Shown here: positions 1-64,000 of the stretch, piece after piece
Layout of the letters: every line of letters starts with the position of its first letter
Numbering within the stretch: the stretch's first letter is position 1
Assembly (NCBI GenBank): GCA_951406725.2
Contig: OX597835.1
Span: forward strand, 4,898,001-4,962,000
DNA from: Octopus vulgaris
Taxonomy: Eukaryota
Reading direction: 5' to 3'
DNA: 64,000 nt
Program-made: the position numbers and the translations under genes
Notes under the pieces: generated by a model
Databases searched by the model: none
The model's input: only the letters and a program-made list of their open reading frames with translations
Told to the model about the DNA's origin: nothing

Positions 1-257
1 TCTAAAAATATATGGTAATTACAAGCATTTCTCTACTTAGTTTCTGGGGTAGTTCACCCTCAGCAGCTAAGAATCAATAATGTTGAATAAAAACAAGAAT
101 TTTCTCAATGCCAAAATATCCCAGTACTGAATGGGGTCTCTGAAGAATGAATGGCACTTAGTCATTGCAAAAATATCCCTAAACCCAAAATATTGCTGCT
201 CTACAATATAATAAAATTTTCACAGTTACATCATAATGACTTCTTAAATGTATAGGT

Positions 258-671
258 GGCCCAGGATGGCTGTGTGGTAAGACGCTTGTTTCCCAACCAC
301 ATAGCTCCAGGTTCCGTCTCACTGTATGGCACCTTGGGTAAGTGTCTTCTACTATAGCCTTGGAATGACCAAAGCTTTGTGAGTGGATTTGGTAGAAGGA
401 AACTGAAAGAAGCCCACTGTGTGTGTGTTTGTGTTTGTGTATGTGTTTGTATCAATTTGCGTTTGTCTTTGTGCCTGTGTTTGTCGTGCCATCACCGTCT
501 GACAACCTATGTTGGTGTTTACATCCCTGTAACTTAGCGGTTCAGCAAAAGTGACTGACAGAATAAGTAGTAGGCTTAAGAAATAAGTCCTAAGGTTGCT
601 AAAACCCTTCATGGCAGTGCCCCAGCATGACTGCAGTCAAACGACTGAAACAAGTAAAAGAATAAAAGAAT
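258..671 (+). mobile_element. tRNA-derived SINE family A (CORE-like box cttgggcaagtg, internal TA/TG microsatellite, (gtaaaaga)n tail), diverged copy
   Basis: Similar to copies at 4406, 15504 and 63197. Confidence 0.85.
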
Positions 672-762
672 GAATTTTCCTGTCTACGGTTTAAAAAAAG
701 AAAAAAAAAAAAGATATGAGTGGAATTTCTTTATTTACTTACTGTTTTGTATTAATTTTCAG

Positions 763-61989
<61,227 letters not shown>

Positions 61990-63196
61990 GTAAGTATTAA
62001 TTTAGTTTCTAGTTCTTGCTTCCACCCATTGTTTGAAGACAGGTTCTGTTAGCAGTTAAATTTTAGATTTAAGCATGTTACCAATAGTGTACTGACTTCA
62101 TGGCTACACCACTGTATGGTTCCTGGTACCAGGCATTGCTTCAGAAGCTTGTGATCTCGGGTTTGATCACTGTGCATGTCACCTTTAACAAGGGGTTTCT
62201 ACTATAATGTCAAACTGCTCAATATCTTGTCAGTGGAAGTCAGTCAACTACAACTGCCATATATGTGTATGTATGTGTATATATATATGTATATATATAT
62301 ATGCATGCATGTATGTATGTCATCATTTAACGTCCATGTTCCATGCTGGTAAGGGTTGACTGGTTTGACAAGATCCAGTGAGTCCAAGAACTGTCTTATG
62401 TTCCAACATCTGCTTTGAGATGGTTTCTATGGCTGGATTTGTCCCTAATGCTAACCACTTTCCTGTGTGCCATCGGTGCTTTTTCTGTTTGTGCCACATG
62501 CACTACTGAGGTCACCATGCAGCTCTCAAGAGTGCAAACCCCAAAGCAAAGTGGGGTCAATTTCATACTGGGGATTGATGAGGTACAACATGAAAGAGGG
62601 GTGCAGGAAGGCTCTTGTAGAAGAGCTGCTTGGCTGTTCACATTTAGTAGAGGAAGAAGAGAATAATCAGTGGGAGTGGTAAAGAGATAGACAGGAGGTG
62701 TGGTATCCAGGCACAAGATAAGTAGAACTGAGTAGATGGAGCTGTCGCATGACTGTATGGGAAACAGAAGATGAGGGGACAGGGTGGGAGCCTGCTGCTG
62801 TAAAAGAAGTTGGGTAGAGTTGAAGGGTGATGATTGATGAATTGGGGAAGACAGGGAGATGCAGAAGGAAGTAGGTGGAGAGGAGAATGGCAAGATAGTA
62901 ATGATACAGTAGACAGAGAAAGGAGGACAAGAGAAAGATATGACAAGATGGAATTAAGCTGTGGGAGCAGGGAGGAGGGGTAGGCATAATAATGTGTGAT
63001 AAAATGTAGTTTCGTTCATTTGAAGGAGGTGAGAGAGAATCAGTTTAACATATGAGTGGAGAACACACGATGTACAAAACTTCAAGGATTTGTTCTCTGT
63101 AGAGATCTTTCATTCATTCACTATTTAACACCCAATTCTAATCTTGGCAAACGTTCTTTCATTATATCATTTGTATTATAAAACCATTCAAATGAT

Positions 63197-63358
63197 GCGC
63201 AGGAGTGGCTGTGTGGTAAGTAGCTTGCTAACCAACCACATGGTTCCGGGTTCAGTCCCACTGCGTGGCATCTTGGGCAAGTGTCTTCTGCTATGGCCCT
63301 GGGCCGACCAATGCCTTGTGAGTGGATTTGGTAGACGGAAACTGAAAGAAGCCCGTCG

Positions 63359-63391
<33 letters not shown>

Positions 63392-63609
63392 TTGTGTGTC
63401 TGTGTTTGTCCCCCTAGCATTGCTTGACAACCGATGCTGGTGTGTTTACGTCCCCGTTACTTAGCGGTTCGGCAAAAGAGACCGATAGAATAAGTACTGG
63501 GCTTACAAAGAATAAGTCCCGGTGTCGATTTGCTCGACTAAAGGCGGTGCTCCAGCATGGCCGCAGTCAAATGACTGAAACAAGTAAAAGAGTAAAAAGA
63601 GTAAAGAGT
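63197..63609 (+). mobile_element. SINE family A, full length
   Basis: Identity to 4406-4815. Confidence 0.9.
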
Positions 63610-63734
63610 ATGCAAAATACACAAGAAAATGCAATCACTAATATTGAAATAAATTATTCATAAGTACTTTGTTTCATTGTGGTTATAACTAAGGTTTTTA
63701 GGGGAGAAATAATAGAAATTGAATAGTAGTAGTA

Positions 63735-64000
63735 GGAGCACTCCGTCGGTTTCAACGATGAGGGTCCCAGCTGATATGATCAACGGAACAGCTTGCTCGT
63801 GATATTAACGTGCAAGTGGCTGAGCACTCCACAGACACGTGTATCCTTAACGTAGTTCTCGAGGAGATTCAGCGTGACACAGAGTGTGACAAGGCTGGCC
63901 CTTTGAAATACAGGTACAAGAGAAACAGGAAGAAAGAGTGAGAGAAAGTTGTGGTGAAAGAGTACAGCAGGGTTCACCACCACCCCCTGCCGGAACCTCA
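63735..64000 (-). mobile_element. SINE family B, cut by the window end
   Basis: Reverse complement of the family B 3' part. Confidence 0.88.

Overview
AT-rich, microsatellite- and SINE-dense animal genomic DNA. The SINE and RTE repertoire looks like that of octopus (inference from recalled repeat families, not a database hit). The whole window lies inside one large + strand gene whose start and stop are outside the window. I traced 26 GT-AG exons (763..61989, 4559 nt, about 1519 codons) that join in one uninterrupted frame. They encode a Cys-rich extracellular protein of the VWDE type (von Willebrand factor D and EGF domain-containing) built from a tandemly repeated super-module: linker/Ig-like region, VWD, Cys-rich helical region, EGF, beta-rich region, small Cys module, PAN, PAN. 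The 3' half of one module and the whole next module are visible, with matching exon phases and near-matching exon lengths. Two in-frame candidate micro-exons (15 and 30 nt) and a possible nested antisense spliced transcript with a signal-peptide-like first coding exon were also found. Introns hold at least four tRNA-derived SINE families, RTE/CR1/R4-like LINE fragments, mariner and piggyBac-type MITEs, Helitrons, a solo LTR, and Penelope-like remnants with minimal hammerhead-ribozyme motifs, including a head-to-head tRNA-SINE/hammerhead hybrid. Most ORFs in the supplied track are microsatellite or SINE artefacts.
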